The translations under genes and the position numbers were made by a program. 64,000 nt of DNA from positions 96,001-160,000 of the forward strand of contig JBDHKN010000006.1 of the NCBI GenBank assembly GCA_039586365.1. The letters are read 5' to 3'. Below, piece after piece: positions 50,170-60,971 of the stretch. Source of the DNA: Gemmatimonadota bacterium (GTDB lineage: Bacteria; Gemmatimonadota; Gemmatimonadetes; Gemmatimonadales; GWC2-71-9). Below the pieces are notes generated by a model. That model saw nothing but the letters and a program-made list of their open reading frames with translations, searched no databases and was not told where the DNA came from. How positions within the stretch are numbered: position 1 is the first letter of the stretch; each line of letters begins with the position of its first letter.

Positions 50170-51335
50170 GGTGCTGCACCGTTCAGCGATCTCAACTTCT
50201 GCACTATGTCTGGCATGACTGCGATAGCACGATCCACATCCTCCGTAGTGTTGTCATGGGAGAACGAGACCCGTACTGCACTCCTGGCAGAATCGGGTGG
50301 CACTCCCATAGCTCTCAGCACATGGGAATAGGATCCGGTGCCCGTGTTGCAGGCCGATCCGGAAGAGCAGCAGATGCCAGCCTGATCCAAGTGCATCAGG
50401 ATTGATGTGCCATCAGCACCGGGAAACGAGATGTTCGAGATGTGTGGTGCCCGTTGGCTGCCGCCGTTGATCTGGATATTGGCAATTGCACTCCGGAGCC
50501 CGTCCTCCAACTCGTCACGCAGTAGTTTCATGTGCCGGGATGCATTCTGCCGTTCGGCCACCGCCAACTCCACTGCGACTCCCAGTGCCACAATGCCGAT
50601 GACATTCTCAGTACCAGGGCGGACCCCAAGTTGCTGTCCGCCACCATGCAAAAGAGGTTCTATCAGGGTCGCTTCAGGAATGATGAGCGCACCGATTCCC
50701 TTGGGCGCTCCTATCTTGTGCCCCGAGATGGTTGTGAGCACACCGGGAAGCTCGCTGAGATCACAGGGGACCTTTCCCACGGCCTGAACGGCATCGGTGT
50801 GGAAGTGAACGCCGTGGTCGGCGCAAATGGATGCAAGCTCCCCTACGTCCTGTGTCACGCCGGTCTCGTTGTTCACCCACATCACGCTCAATATGGCCGG
50901 GTTCTGCCTGAGCACCTCTTTCACATCATCCGGGGAGACCAGTCCCGAGGAGTCGACAGGTACCGTATGCGATTCGCCGCCCAGGCTCACGACGGCGCTA
51001 GCTGCATCCAGCACGGCCTTGTGCTCGATGCTACTGACCGCAACGCACATGCTCTTATTCCTTCGTGTGGCTGCCAGAGCTGCGCCAATGACCGCGAGGT
51101 TGTCGGCCTCAGTGCCGCCGGACGTGAAAACCACGCCTGGGGGAGGCGTTCCCAGAGCGTCGGCGACTCGTCGCCGAGCATCCTCAACCGCTGCGCGAAC
51201 AGTGCGCCCGATGCGATGCGATGAGCTGGGATTGCCGAACTGCTGCCGGTCATCTAGGAACGGCGCAATAGCTGCGCTCACCTCCGGTCTTATGCGCGTT
51301 GTAGCCGCATTGTCGAGGTATGTAATGTGCTCCAT
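50166..51335 (-). CDS. iscS: Cysteine desulfurase (IscS/NifS family)
   Basis: YLDNAAT, GNPSS, DAVQ, SGHK, SSGSAC. Confidence 0.93.
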   Translation of the reverse strand: MEHITYLDNAATTRIRPEVSAAIAPFLDDRQQFGNPSSSHRIGRTVRAAVEDARRRVADALGTPPPGVVFTSGGTEADNLAVIGAALAATRRNKSMCVAVSSIEHKAVLDAASAVVSLGGESHTVPVDSSGLVSPDDVKEVLRQNPAILSVMWVNNETGVTQDVGELASICADHGVHFHTDAVQAVGKVPCDLSELPGVLTTISGHKIGAPKGIGALIIPEATLIEPLLHGGGQQLGVRPGTENVIGIVALGVAVELAVAERQNASRHMKLLRDELEDGLRSAIANIQINGGSQRAPHISNISFPGADGTSILMHLDQAGICCSSGSACNTGTGSYSHVLRAMGVPPDSARSAVRVSFSHDNTTEDVDRAIAVMPDIVQKLRSLNGAAP

Positions 51336-51382
51336 AGCGGGAGGAATCTAGGCGGAGGTACGAAGCAGTGGAATGGAGTTGG

Positions 51383-52105
51383 CTATAGCGATTGGACACC
51401 CATGGTCACGACATCGTCCACACGTACCGTCTCGTGAGTCATGAATGGTTCGCCAAAGGCAGTCCTGATGAGGCTGCCGTAGTGGGCGTTCTGAGTTCTA
51501 ATGAGGTCGTACAAAGCCTGACCAGTGGGGAAGATCTCCCCGGCAGCGTTCGCACCGTCGAACTGCGAGGAGTAACAGCGAATTGCCGCTAGCTTGGTCT
51601 CAAACTCACCAGATATGTCGACGACGAAGCTCGGCTTCACGGGATCTTCCCGGTAAGACAGGGCGTACAGGACCTTCTCTACGCCGTGAGCCGTACCCCC
51701 GGCCGGGTAGTTGGCGAGTTTGGCCAGGAAACAGGCGTCACGACCGAGTTCTGACGCTGTTCTGTGATCCGGATGGCGACCCGCCGGGAATGGCAGAATC
51801 ACCACTCGAGGGCGGAACTGCCGGATCAACTCAACAACCGTCCTGCGGGTTTCATCGGTGTTGTGCAAGCGGGCATCCGGTAGGCCGGCGTTGATCCGGC
51901 GGGTCACACCCATCACTTGAGCTGCGTCGGCGGCCTCCGTAGCGCGCGTGTCGACAGAACCCCGGGTTCCCGTTTCGCCGCGCGTCAAATCGATGATCCC
52001 TGTGCGACGTCTGGCACGCTGCGCCTTGATGAGCGTTCCACCACACGTCAGCTCCACGTCGTCCGGGTGCGCTGCGATTGCGAGTATATCTACGGTGTCG
52101 GTCAT
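51383..52105 (-). CDS. bshB1: Bacillithiol biosynthesis deacetylase (PIG-L family)
   Basis: AHPDDVEL, DLTRGETGTRG, HPDH, YSSQF. Confidence 0.85.
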   Translation of the reverse strand: MTDTVDILAIAAHPDDVELTCGGTLIKAQRARRRTGIIDLTRGETGTRGSVDTRATEAADAAQVMGVTRRINAGLPDARLHNTDETRRTVVELIRQFRPRVVILPFPAGRHPDHRTASELGRDACFLAKLANYPAGGTAHGVEKVLYALSYREDPVKPSFVVDISGEFETKLAAIRCYSSQFDGANAAGEIFPTGQALYDLIRTQNAHYGSLIRTAFGEPFMTHETVRVDDVVTMGVQSL

Positions 52106-52206
52106 CTGTTCACCCTTGCGTCCTGCTGGTCTGCTCCGCGGTCAATTGGCCGTTGCTTGCTTCCACTGCTGCGCGGCTGAGCCGAGTGAAGTTGCGTTGT
52201 AGCACG

Positions 52207-53454
52207 CTATTCGTATCTCAGCGCTTCGATCGGATCCAGTCTAGCAGCTCGGTATGCCGGCAGCAGCCCGAAAGTCAACCCGATGCCAACCGACACACAA
52301 CATGCGACTGCCGCGCTCCAGATGGGCACGCCGGACGCGAGACCCAGCAAAGATTTCAGGCCCTGTCCAGCAGCGATTCCCACCGCGATCCCGATCAACC
52401 CTCCCAGGCACGTCAAGGTTGCGGCTTCCACCAAGAATTGCCATAGAATCTCACGCCTGGTGGCTCCCACAGCTTTGCGGAGACCAATTTCTCTCGTGCG
52501 ATCGGTTACTGAGACCATCATGATGGCCATGACCCCGATGCCGCCAACCATGAGGGCTACGCTGGAAATGACGATCATGACTAGAAAGAAACCTCCAGCC
52601 AAGTTGTTGAATACGCTGAGGATCTGGTCCGAGGTGATCATGTCGAAAGTGTTCGGCTGCCCCGGTCTCAACCCGCGCATGCGCCTCAGTTGCAGCGTCG
52701 TGGCGTCCATCGCTTGTGACACTGTCACACCCTCCCTCGGTTTGATGAGAAACAACAGAGCGTTGGTCTCGTCAATCCGGAAGTAGCGTCTGGCGGCTTC
52801 GTACGGGACGATTGCGGCGAGTTCTGTGCCTGGCGGCTGGAATATGTTCTCAGGTAGCCGGTAGAGGCCAACCACGCGAAGCGGTTTGCCCCCCACACGA
52901 ACCACCTTTCCGATCGGATGCATCTGTCCGAATATCCGTTCCGCCGCCTCGACCTCGATGACAGCCACGGGCGTACCGGAGCGCACTTCCGTCAGCGTGA
53001 AGCTACGTCCGTCGACGATCTCTCCCCCCAAGATCTCCATGAATCGATCGTCGGCACCATACACACTCGTGAGTTGAGTTCGTACCCCTTCGTACTCAAG
53101 ACGCTCGAGCACCTGAGTCCAGATGGCGGAATAGTGTATCTCGTTTAGGCGCTGGATAGCCTCCGCCTCTTCGCGGCGTAGCACCGGTCGAATGCGCACT
53201 TCCTTGGGCAGCGCATCGGGGTTTACTGGAGTTTGCGAAAAGAATCGAAACACACGAAACGTGGTGGGTCCGACAACCTCGAGCGTGCTGAAGATCTGAT
53301 CGCGTATTCCGCTGACGATTGACGCCATCGCCATTACGGTGGCAACGCCGATGACCACACCCAGGATCGTGAGTGCGGAGCGCAGTTTGTGGGTGCGCAC
53401 TGCATCTGCCGCGATGCTGGCGCCTTCCGTCAGGCTGCTCAGTCTCAGGTGCAC
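52207..53454 (-). CDS. MacB/FtsX-type ABC permease (type B, copy 2)
   Basis: LRSALTILG, GGIGVM, RTREIG, LDPIEALRYE. Confidence 0.92.
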   Translation of the reverse strand: MHLRLSSLTEGASIAADAVRTHKLRSALTILGVVIGVATVMAMASIVSGIRDQIFSTLEVVGPTTFRVFRFFSQTPVNPDALPKEVRIRPVLRREEAEAIQRLNEIHYSAIWTQVLERLEYEGVRTQLTSVYGADDRFMEILGGEIVDGRSFTLTEVRSGTPVAVIEVEAAERIFGQMHPIGKVVRVGGKPLRVVGLYRLPENIFQPPGTELAAIVPYEAARRYFRIDETNALLFLIKPREGVTVSQAMDATTLQLRRMRGLRPGQPNTFDMITSDQILSVFNNLAGGFFLVMIVISSVALMVGGIGVMAIMMVSVTDRTREIGLRKAVGATRREILWQFLVEAATLTCLGGLIGIAVGIAAGQGLKSLLGLASGVPIWSAAVACCVSVGIGLTFGLLPAYRAARLDPIEALRYE

Positions 53455-53455
53455 T

Positions 53456-54700
53456 TCACTCAAACCGTAATGCCTCGATTGGATCGAGTCGCGAGGCTCG
53501 CACGGCTGGGTACACACCGAATATGAGTCCCACGCTCGTCCCGAGCACCAGGGCGACACCCACTGACCAGAGCGTCACCCGGGCTGGCAGTGGGGTGGCG
53601 AGCACGACGATTTGGGCCAGCAGCCACCCTGCTACCGCGCCCAGGAGGCCACCGAGCGTCGCCAGCGCCACCGATTCTGCCAGAAACTGTCGCGCTATGT
53701 CGCCACGCCTGGCCCCCAGCGACTTGCGAATCCCGATCTCACGGGTACGCTCCCTCACTGTCATGAGCATGATGTTCATGATGACGATACCACCGACTAT
53801 GATGCCAATCGCAACCACGGCAGGGACTACGGTGAACAGGACGCTGGTGAGGCTTTCCCAGAATGCTACTAGTCCCTCGGCTGTGTCGACGGTGAAGTCG
53901 TTGGATTCGCTGGGACGCAGCCCATGGGCGATCCGCATGGCCTCCTCAGCCCGGGCCATACCGTCGGCAACGAGAGAGGCCTCGGCCATCTTGACGGAAA
54001 TGACGGAGGTCTGGCGCCGGCCGTATACCATCTCGAACAGGCGAATGGGAAGTAGCACGAAGCCGTCCCACGACTGACCCAGTACGGTCCCCTTCTTTGC
54101 CATCACTCCTTTGACGGTGACCCGCAGTCTTCCCACGCGGATCGTCTTCCCCACCGCCTGGTCGAGACTGTCGAACAATTTGGATCCTACCTCGTAACCC
54201 AACACCGCCACATATCTTCGCTCGTGCACGTCGACCTCACTGAGCGCCTCACCTGCGGCAATCTCGTAGTCCTGCACGACTTGGAACGGCGCTGTTACTC
54301 CAAACACCGACACATCGCCCACGGTTCGGTTACGGTAGGTGACATCGTTGAAGGGGGTGGGCCAGCCGGACTGCAATGCGATCGCCTCAGCGTCGGGCAG
54401 AGCTCGCTCTACAAAAGACAAATCTTCCGGAGCGATGATCGGGCGACGCTGCAGCTCGCGCCATTCCTCATCATCAATCAAGCCAGCCGAGATAGGGATT
54501 CGTCGAATCTGAAAGGCATTCCTGCCGACGATCGCACCTGCGATGTTCTCTCGTACATAGGCATTCATACCCTGTATGATGGCAACTACTGCGACGAGGA
54601 ACGTGACCGAGACGATGATGCCGAGCAGAGTGAAGAACGACCGCAGCTTGTGGGTCGCGATTGATTGCAGGGCGACGCGCAGGGCCTCCAGGATCGGCAT
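53456..54700 (-). CDS. MacB/FtsX-type ABC permease (type A, copy 2)
   Basis: LRSFFTLLG, GGIVIMNIML, ERTREIG, LDPIEALRFE. Confidence 0.93.
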   Translation of the reverse strand: MPILEALRVALQSIATHKLRSFFTLLGIIVSVTFLVAVVAIIQGMNAYVRENIAGAIVGRNAFQIRRIPISAGLIDDEEWRELQRRPIIAPEDLSFVERALPDAEAIALQSGWPTPFNDVTYRNRTVGDVSVFGVTAPFQVVQDYEIAAGEALSEVDVHERRYVAVLGYEVGSKLFDSLDQAVGKTIRVGRLRVTVKGVMAKKGTVLGQSWDGFVLLPIRLFEMVYGRRQTSVISVKMAEASLVADGMARAEEAMRIAHGLRPSESNDFTVDTAEGLVAFWESLTSVLFTVVPAVVAIGIIVGGIVIMNIMLMTVRERTREIGIRKSLGARRGDIARQFLAESVALATLGGLLGAVAGWLLAQIVVLATPLPARVTLWSVGVALVLGTSVGLIFGVYPAVRASRLDPIEALRFE

Positions 54701-54786
54701 TCAATCAATCTAGACAGGGCAGCGAGACCTGGGGCTCGTCTCTGTCCCTTCCTCTCCACCGAGGAGCGTGCTGGGGCAAGCTGCCC

Positions 54787-56007
54787 TTACTCGTACCGGA
54801 GTGCCTCCACTGGATCCAGTCGTGCCGCGCGGGCCGCCGGGAATATCCCGAACACGATTCCGGTGAATACGGACGCTGTCAGCGCGACTACAATCGACCA
54901 AAGCGGTATCTTGGCCGGGATCGGTGTGGCGTGGGAGACTATGAAGCTAATCACACCTCCCAAGACAAGGCCGATAGCCCCGCCAATCAGCGTGAGAGTG
55001 GCTGCTTCGACCAAGAACTGCCAGAGGACCTCGCGACGCTTCGCACCAATGGCCTTACGCACACCGATTTCTCGGGTTCGCTCCGTAACCGAGATCATCA
55101 TGATTGCCACCACGCCGACGCCACCGACCATCAAACCGACGCTCGAGAGCACGAACATCACCAGGAAGAAGATTCCGGTGACTTGGTTCCAGTTCTCCAA
55201 GGCCTGGTCTTGTGTGACGATTCCGAAATTGTTGTCGTCGCCCGGTCGCAAGCGACGGAACGATCGCATCGCGGCGATCACGTCCTCCGTAGCCTCATGG
55301 ACTGGGACGTTGTCCGCGGGTGAGACGAAGAAGACGAGGTCGGCCCGATACTGGCGAATGTACTTGACGAAGGCGCCCTGCGGGACGACTACCAAGGGAC
55401 GATTCCCCTGGTTGAAGATGTCTGGTGGTGGCTGGTAGATACCGATGACGCGAAATGGCACGCCCCTGACCTTGATCCTTTGGCCGATCGGATCGCGCAA
55501 TCCAAACAGTTCGTCTGACAGTTTCTGATTGATCACCACGATTCTGCTGCCGGCCTCAGCCTCCAAGTTCGTGTAGGATCTGCCCGGGTAGACATCTCCC
55601 CCCATGACACGGGCCCAGCCGGCGCTGCGTCCTCTTATATCCACCGAGCTGAGTTTCTGGCTGCCAAACTCCACCTCACCGCCCGAGTACTCCTCCACCA
55701 CCAAGGTGGCTATCGTTGGCAACTCCCTGAGGCGCTCGGCTTCGTCCAGTGTCAGCGGTGGCGCTCTGTAATAGTCGCTGTCGTCGAAGACAACACCGGT
55801 CTGGGGTGAACGCTGCACAAAAAAGGTGCGCGGTCCCAGTTGGTTGAAGATGTCCTCGACACCGGCGTTGATGCCTGTGATGATCGATCCTATGAGCACA
55901 ACCACCATTACACCGATTGCGATGCCGAGAATCGTCAGGGCTGCACGGGCCTTGCTGGCTCGCAGCGAGCCGATGGCAATGCCGACACCCTCGAAAAGCT
56001 GAGTCAT
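54787..56007 (-). CDS. MacB/FtsX-type ABC permease (type B, copy 1)
   Basis: RAALTILG, GGVGVVAIM, ERTREIG, LDPVEALRYE. Confidence 0.93.
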   Translation of the reverse strand: MTQLFEGVGIAIGSLRASKARAALTILGIAIGVMVVVLIGSIITGINAGVEDIFNQLGPRTFFVQRSPQTGVVFDDSDYYRAPPLTLDEAERLRELPTIATLVVEEYSGGEVEFGSQKLSSVDIRGRSAGWARVMGGDVYPGRSYTNLEAEAGSRIVVINQKLSDELFGLRDPIGQRIKVRGVPFRVIGIYQPPPDIFNQGNRPLVVVPQGAFVKYIRQYRADLVFFVSPADNVPVHEATEDVIAAMRSFRRLRPGDDNNFGIVTQDQALENWNQVTGIFFLVMFVLSSVGLMVGGVGVVAIMMISVTERTREIGVRKAIGAKRREVLWQFLVEAATLTLIGGAIGLVLGGVISFIVSHATPIPAKIPLWSIVVALTASVFTGIVFGIFPAARAARLDPVEALRYE

Positions 56008-56009
56008 GG

Positions 56010-57248
56010 CTACTCCTGTCGCATTGCCTCGACCGGGTCGAGTCGTGCGGCGCGACTCGCCGGGTACAGGCCGGCCGCAATCCCCACCCCCGCTCCGAGC
56101 AGGACGCCAACGACTATCGACCAGGGCGCTACGCTGGCAGGCAGTGGTGTCGTCATGTCGACGATCGCGGCAACCGCGAGGCCGAATCCGATACCGATTG
56201 CCGCACCGAGCGTTGCCAGCAGTGCCGACTCCACAAGGAACTGTCGCAGGATATCCCGGCGCCGCGCCCCCAGGGACTTCCGGATGCCAATCTCTCGGGT
56301 GCGCTCGGCTACCGACATCAGCATGATATTCATGATCACTATCCCTCCCACAACCAGAGATATGCTCACTAACCCTGGCAGGACAGCGAACATGATTCGG
56401 TTTATCTGACCCCAGAAATCCAGCACTCCGGCGGCCGACTCGAGGGCAAAGCTGTTGTCCTGCGCCGGTCTGAGATGCCGACGACTCCGCATGACTGCCT
56501 CAACGTCGGCCATCGCGGTTTGCATGTCTTCCGGTGACTGTGCCTTGACCAGGAGGACATCCACAACCCGGGGGGGATTCGCGAAGCGTTTGACGGGCGA
56601 CAGAGCTGGAGCCACGGCGAACTCGTCGAGTGAGAAGCCGAAGATATTGCCCTGACTCTCTACCACCCCGATTACGCGGTAGGGGAGTCCTCTAATCGTT
56701 ATCTCGCGTCCCAGTGGATCCAGGTTCTCGAATAGACCTTCCGCGACTTCGCTGCCGATGACCACAACCGGCTGTCCATTGCGCACTTCTTGGCTGCTGA
56801 AAGCCCTACCGAACTCTATGGTCCAGTTCCTGACTTCGAAGTAGTCCTCAGTGGCGCCGATTACGCGGATCCGCGCGGATTTGTCGCGATAGGCAACCTC
56901 AGCACTCGTGTTTGACTCCCACGCGGTGCTAGCCGGCACCGTAATGGCTGCTGCGGCTGCCCGAGCATCGTCGTATGTGATGCGTGGGCGCCTGCGCCAC
57001 TCCCGCCAGGTATCCGGCGAAATGTTGCCGGCGTTGAAATCGGGATAGCGACGGAGCTGAAACGTGTTGGCCCCCAGGAAATTGCCCGCCACCTGATCGG
57101 TCATATAGCGATTCATTCCCTGGACAATCGTGACCACCGCGATCAAGAACATGACACCGATGAACACTCCGATCACGGCGAAGATACTCTTCATCTTGTT
57201 CGCCCAGATCACTTGCAGAGCGAGCCGAAAGGCCTCTCGGAGTGGCAT
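56010..57248 (-). CDS. MacB/FtsX-type ABC permease (type A, copy 1)
   Basis: GGIVIMNIML, ERTREIG, LDPVEAMRQE. Confidence 0.93.
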   Translation of the reverse strand: MPLREAFRLALQVIWANKMKSIFAVIGVFIGVMFLIAVVTIVQGMNRYMTDQVAGNFLGANTFQLRRYPDFNAGNISPDTWREWRRRPRITYDDARAAAAAITVPASTAWESNTSAEVAYRDKSARIRVIGATEDYFEVRNWTIEFGRAFSSQEVRNGQPVVVIGSEVAEGLFENLDPLGREITIRGLPYRVIGVVESQGNIFGFSLDEFAVAPALSPVKRFANPPRVVDVLLVKAQSPEDMQTAMADVEAVMRSRRHLRPAQDNSFALESAAGVLDFWGQINRIMFAVLPGLVSISLVVGGIVIMNIMLMSVAERTREIGIRKSLGARRRDILRQFLVESALLATLGAAIGIGFGLAVAAIVDMTTPLPASVAPWSIVVGVLLGAGVGIAAGLYPASRAARLDPVEAMRQE

Positions 57249-57251
57249 TTG

Positions 57252-57950
57252 CTACGCCGCTTCCCGCATTGTGTCACTGTGGATCGCGCCATCGAGCAGC
57301 GTGATGACTCGGTGGGCCCGCGCGGCAATGTCACGCTCGTGTGTGACCATCACGATCGTCTGTCCCTGGCGGTGAAGCTCGTCGAAGACTGACATAATCT
57401 CACCGCTGGTGGCCGAGTCGAGGTTCCCGGTGGGCTCATCAGCCAGGAGAATGCTGGGCTGGTTCACCAGCCCGCGAGCGATGGCTACCCGTTGCCGCTG
57501 CCCGCCCGACAGCTCGCTGGGTTTGTGACCCATGCGGTCTGCCAGCCCCACCCGCTGCAGTGCCGTGACGGCACGCTCACGGCGGATACTCGCCCGCACT
57601 CCGGCGTAGATGAGAGGTAGCTCCACATTGTGCAGTGCACTGGCTCGGGGCAGGAGGTTGAACGTCTGAAACACGAATCCTATCTCACGATTGCGGACAC
57701 GAGCCAGCTCATCGTCATCCATCTGTGACACTTCTACTCCATTGAGCCAGTACTCTCCCGCTGTGGGAGTGTCAAGACACCCGATCAGATTCATCAGCGT
57801 AGATTTTCCTGAACCGGAGGGCCCCATGATCGCTACGTATTCGTTGGGGCGTATCTCTGTGCTCACGCCTCTCAGTGCCTGCACTATCTCCGCGTCCATG
57901 CGGTACTCACGCTCGAGCTGCCGGACTCGGATCAGGGCCGCTCCGCTCAT
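57252..57950 (-). CDS. ABC ATP-binding protein (LolD/MacB type)
   Basis: [29 protein letters not shown]. Confidence 0.96.
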   Translation of the reverse strand: MSGAALIRVRQLEREYRMDAEIVQALRGVSTEIRPNEYVAIMGPSGSGKSTLMNLIGCLDTPTAGEYWLNGVEVSQMDDDELARVRNREIGFVFQTFNLLPRASALHNVELPLIYAGVRASIRRERAVTALQRVGLADRMGHKPSELSGGQRQRVAIARGLVNQPSILLADEPTGNLDSATSGEIMSVFDELHRQGQTIVMVTHERDIAARAHRVITLLDGAIHSDTMREAA

Positions 57951-59191
57951 GACCCTGTCTCTCCACTGCCGGGCTCCCCCATCGCACGCACCCGCGTGCT
58001 GTCCCGGAGATCCCTGATTGTCTGGTACGGGCCCGCTACGATCGTATCTCCTGCCGCAAGCCCCTCGAGTACCTCGAAATGCTCCTCGCCGGCTATCCCT
58101 GCCTTCACGGGGCGGAACTGGGCTATGCCATCAACCACCACGAACACTCCTTCAGTCTCCTTGGTCGTGGTGTCCTGCGGAGCAGTCTCAGTCGAGATTG
58201 GTGTGTGCTCGCGGACGGTTAGGGCGATGATCGGGATGCTCAGAGCACTGTCACGAGTCGCGGTGACGATCTTGGCGGTCGCCGAGAGATCGGGCCGGAT
58301 GTCGGCGGGCGGATTGTCGATTGTCACCTCGACGTCGTAGTCAACCGCTTGATCTCCGGTTGCTCCGGCTGCGGCAAGGCGGACCGAGCTCCGGGAAATC
58401 ATGGTGACTCGCCCCGTGAACACGGTGTCAGGATAGGCGTCGATCTCGACATCGGTCGAGTCCTGCAGGTGGAGTCTGACGACGTCGGTCTCATCAACTC
58501 TCACGTTCACCTGGATGACGGAGAGATCGCTCACGGTCATGAGGAGACCGGTCTCGCGCGAGAAGGTGCCAGGCACCGCAACTTCGCCTTCCTCAACTGC
58601 GAGTCGCGTGACCTGCCCGTCCATGGGCGACCTGAGGATCGTCTTGGCGAGTTGTTCCTCGGCCTCTTGGAGGGCTGCCCGAGCCTGAGCGACTTGATGT
58701 TCGCCAGAATTGGCAATTGCCTCCGCAACGTCGAAGTTGGTTCGGGCCTGCTCCAGCTGCTCGTCCGAGACGAGCGTCGAGTCAGTGTTTCTGAGCCGTT
58801 CGGAACGTTCGAACGTGCGCCTCGCCTGATCGCGGTTGGCGCCCGCTTGCAGCGCCGAGGCCTGAGCGGAGGCCAGGCTAGCCTGGGCCCGGGCCACAGC
58901 AGCCTCGTATTGCGACGGGTCGATACGAACCAGCAGATCACCTCGCTCGACCCAATCGCCCTCCTCAACCGGGAGTTCGATGATGCGGCCTGTGATATCC
59001 GCACTGATATCAACCTGGCGGGTGGGCTGGATCTGCCCGCTTGCCGTTACGGTTGCCACCAGCGACCGGTGTTCCACCGCTTCGAGCCGAACTGACGTAG
59101 CGCTTTCACCCCGCGACGCGTTCAATGCGATGAGCACGATGAGGGCCAGTGCCCCACCACCAGCAATCATCAATTTCTTTCTTCCTGACAT
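57947..59191 (-). CDS. Periplasmic adaptor / membrane fusion protein (MacA-like)
   Basis: N-terminal TM, '[13 protein letters not shown]', helical hairpin, 'SPMDG'. Confidence 0.93.
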   Translation of the reverse strand: MSGRKKLMIAGGGALALIVLIALNASRGESATSVRLEAVEHRSLVATVTASGQIQPTRQVDISADITGRIIELPVEEGDWVERGDLLVRIDPSQYEAAVARAQASLASAQASALQAGANRDQARRTFERSERLRNTDSTLVSDEQLEQARTNFDVAEAIANSGEHQVAQARAALQEAEEQLAKTILRSPMDGQVTRLAVEEGEVAVPGTFSRETGLLMTVSDLSVIQVNVRVDETDVVRLHLQDSTDVEIDAYPDTVFTGRVTMISRSSVRLAAAGATGDQAVDYDVEVTIDNPPADIRPDLSATAKIVTATRDSALSIPIIALTVREHTPISTETAPQDTTTKETEGVFVVVDGIAQFRPVKAGIAGEEHFEVLEGLAAGDTIVAGPYQTIRDLRDSTRVRAMGEPGSGETGS

Positions 59192-59208
59192 TATGCGTAT
59201 CTCTTCCC

Positions 59209-60732
59209 CTAACGCAGCGGTCTACCGACTGCCGCTTCGAGCATAGCGATGGACTGGTGATAGGCGTAGACCGCGTTTATGTAGTCCCGTTCGGCGGTCT
59301 CCGCAGCCAGTTGCGCGTCTAGCAGTTCGAAGAAGGTCCCGGATCCGACCCGGTACCGTTCGGTCGCCAGCGTGAGTCCTTCGCTGGCGGCAACTCGATT
59401 CTGTTCTTGGATGCCAATTCCCTCGTAGGATGCGAGCAGGCCATAGTAGGCCTGGCTCACCGCTGTGCGCACGTCCAATTCCCTGGCACGGACGGCTTCC
59501 CGCGCGTCGGCTTCCTGGGCACTGGCCTGAGAATTCCTCATAGGGCGGCTGAATTGGGTAAAGATGGGGAACGAGATCCCCATCGAGGCGCTGAAGGGCT
59601 GTCTGGTGAAGCCCCAGGGGAAGCCAGTGTTTTGACCCTCGATGGCCTGGCGCAGCGACGCCTCGTCAGCGGGCCCGAATTCAAACAGCGAACAGTCCAG
59701 AGGGTTCACCGTGGGTGTGGCCAACCCGGCGATGATGTCGTTCTGGAACTCACACGCCAGAATGTTGGTGGCGGCGTTCTCCTCCGCCCCCAGAATCGAA
59801 TTCTGGATGATCGGCTCGGGGTCGGTGAACTGCTGCGTGTATCCCGACCACCCGGCGGAGAACGACAGTGAGGGTAGCCACTCGGACTTGACGGCGCGCT
59901 CGTTGGCCTTGGCGGAGGAGTGCCGGGCACGGAGTGCCATGAGATCCGGATTGAAGTCCAGGGCGTCACCCAGAAGACCGGACAACTCCCACTGCGGCTC
60001 TGCAATCGGGAAGGTGTCCGACAGCGTCAGGGCGGTGGGATCATCGGGGGCCGGCACACCCATCTGCTGGAACAGCCGGAGCTTTTCGACTACTACGGCC
60101 TGCCTGTACTGGAGCCGTGAGATCTCAGCTTGACCGAGGGCCACTTCAGCCTGACGGACGTCGAGGATGGTGTTCTGACCCACCTCGTAGCGGGCCCGAG
60201 CCAGGCGCAGGAACTCCTCGTTGCGAGTCACCTGGACCTCGGCCAACTCTACCTGAGCCTCAGACTGAAGAACTGCCAAATACTGCTGCCTTATCTGCGA
60301 CTCGAGGTTGATCTCTGCACCGGTGAAGCTCGCGTCCGCTGCTCTCAGCTGGGCTCGAGCCAGACCTGGCTGCAGCAATGTTCGGCCGCTTACGGATAGC
60401 GACAAACGCAGGTTGTAGGTGGAGCCCACGGTGGACGACCGTTGCTGAAAGGAGGTCGTCAAGAAGTTCTGAGTCCCGGGACCCGAGTAGCCAATCCCCC
60501 CGGACAGGTTGAGCGTGGGTAGGAAGGATGCGTAGGCATTGCGAACCCCCCACGCGGCCGGCGCCCGGTCGTTGTCGAATTGGCGCAGAGCCGGGTTGTA
60601 GCGACTCGCCATGTCGATAGCGTCCCGCAGCGACAGACTCTGCGGCACTGGTGGCGGAGTCACCTGACTCCACAGTGCACTTGGAGCGCACAGCACCGCT
60701 GCAACGAGCAGGATCAATGCAGAGCGTTTCAT
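59209..60732 (-). CDS. TolC family outer-membrane efflux protein
   Basis: Signal peptide, 'YNP', 'LPTLNL', 'RYEVG' and 'RYRVG' OEP repeats. Confidence 0.93.
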   Translation of the reverse strand: MKRSALILLVAAVLCAPSALWSQVTPPPVPQSLSLRDAIDMASRYNPALRQFDNDRAPAAWGVRNAYASFLPTLNLSGGIGYSGPGTQNFLTTSFQQRSSTVGSTYNLRLSLSVSGRTLLQPGLARAQLRAADASFTGAEINLESQIRQQYLAVLQSEAQVELAEVQVTRNEEFLRLARARYEVGQNTILDVRQAEVALGQAEISRLQYRQAVVVEKLRLFQQMGVPAPDDPTALTLSDTFPIAEPQWELSGLLGDALDFNPDLMALRARHSSAKANERAVKSEWLPSLSFSAGWSGYTQQFTDPEPIIQNSILGAEENAATNILACEFQNDIIAGLATPTVNPLDCSLFEFGPADEASLRQAIEGQNTGFPWGFTRQPFSASMGISFPIFTQFSRPMRNSQASAQEADAREAVRARELDVRTAVSQAYYGLLASYEGIGIQEQNRVAASEGLTLATERYRVGSGTFFELLDAQLAAETAERDYINAVYAYHQSIAMLEAAVGRPLR

Positions 60733-60785
60733 GCCTTCACCTTCTGTTGTTAACTATGCGAAGTTGATATCCGTCCAACCTGACC

Positions 60786-60812
60786 TACGGCACACCCTGG
60801 TGCGGGGTTTCA
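60786..60812 (-). promoter_or_regulatory. ECF sigma (SigW-like) promoter of the exporter operon
   Basis: Minus strand TGAAAC-N17-CGTA, about 54 bp upstream of tolC. Confidence 0.55.
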
Positions 60813-60971
60813 ACCCGAGACATCAGCGGTAAGCAGCTGACAGGCGCAAGCGCCAACGATAGCTACACTGGTTCATCTTCGCTAACGGTCAGTACAAAGA
60901 ACTTTAATATGCAAAGTTACTTCCAGCGTAGGGTGTTACGGTACTTCTTGCTGGACATCGAACCCTCGTGC

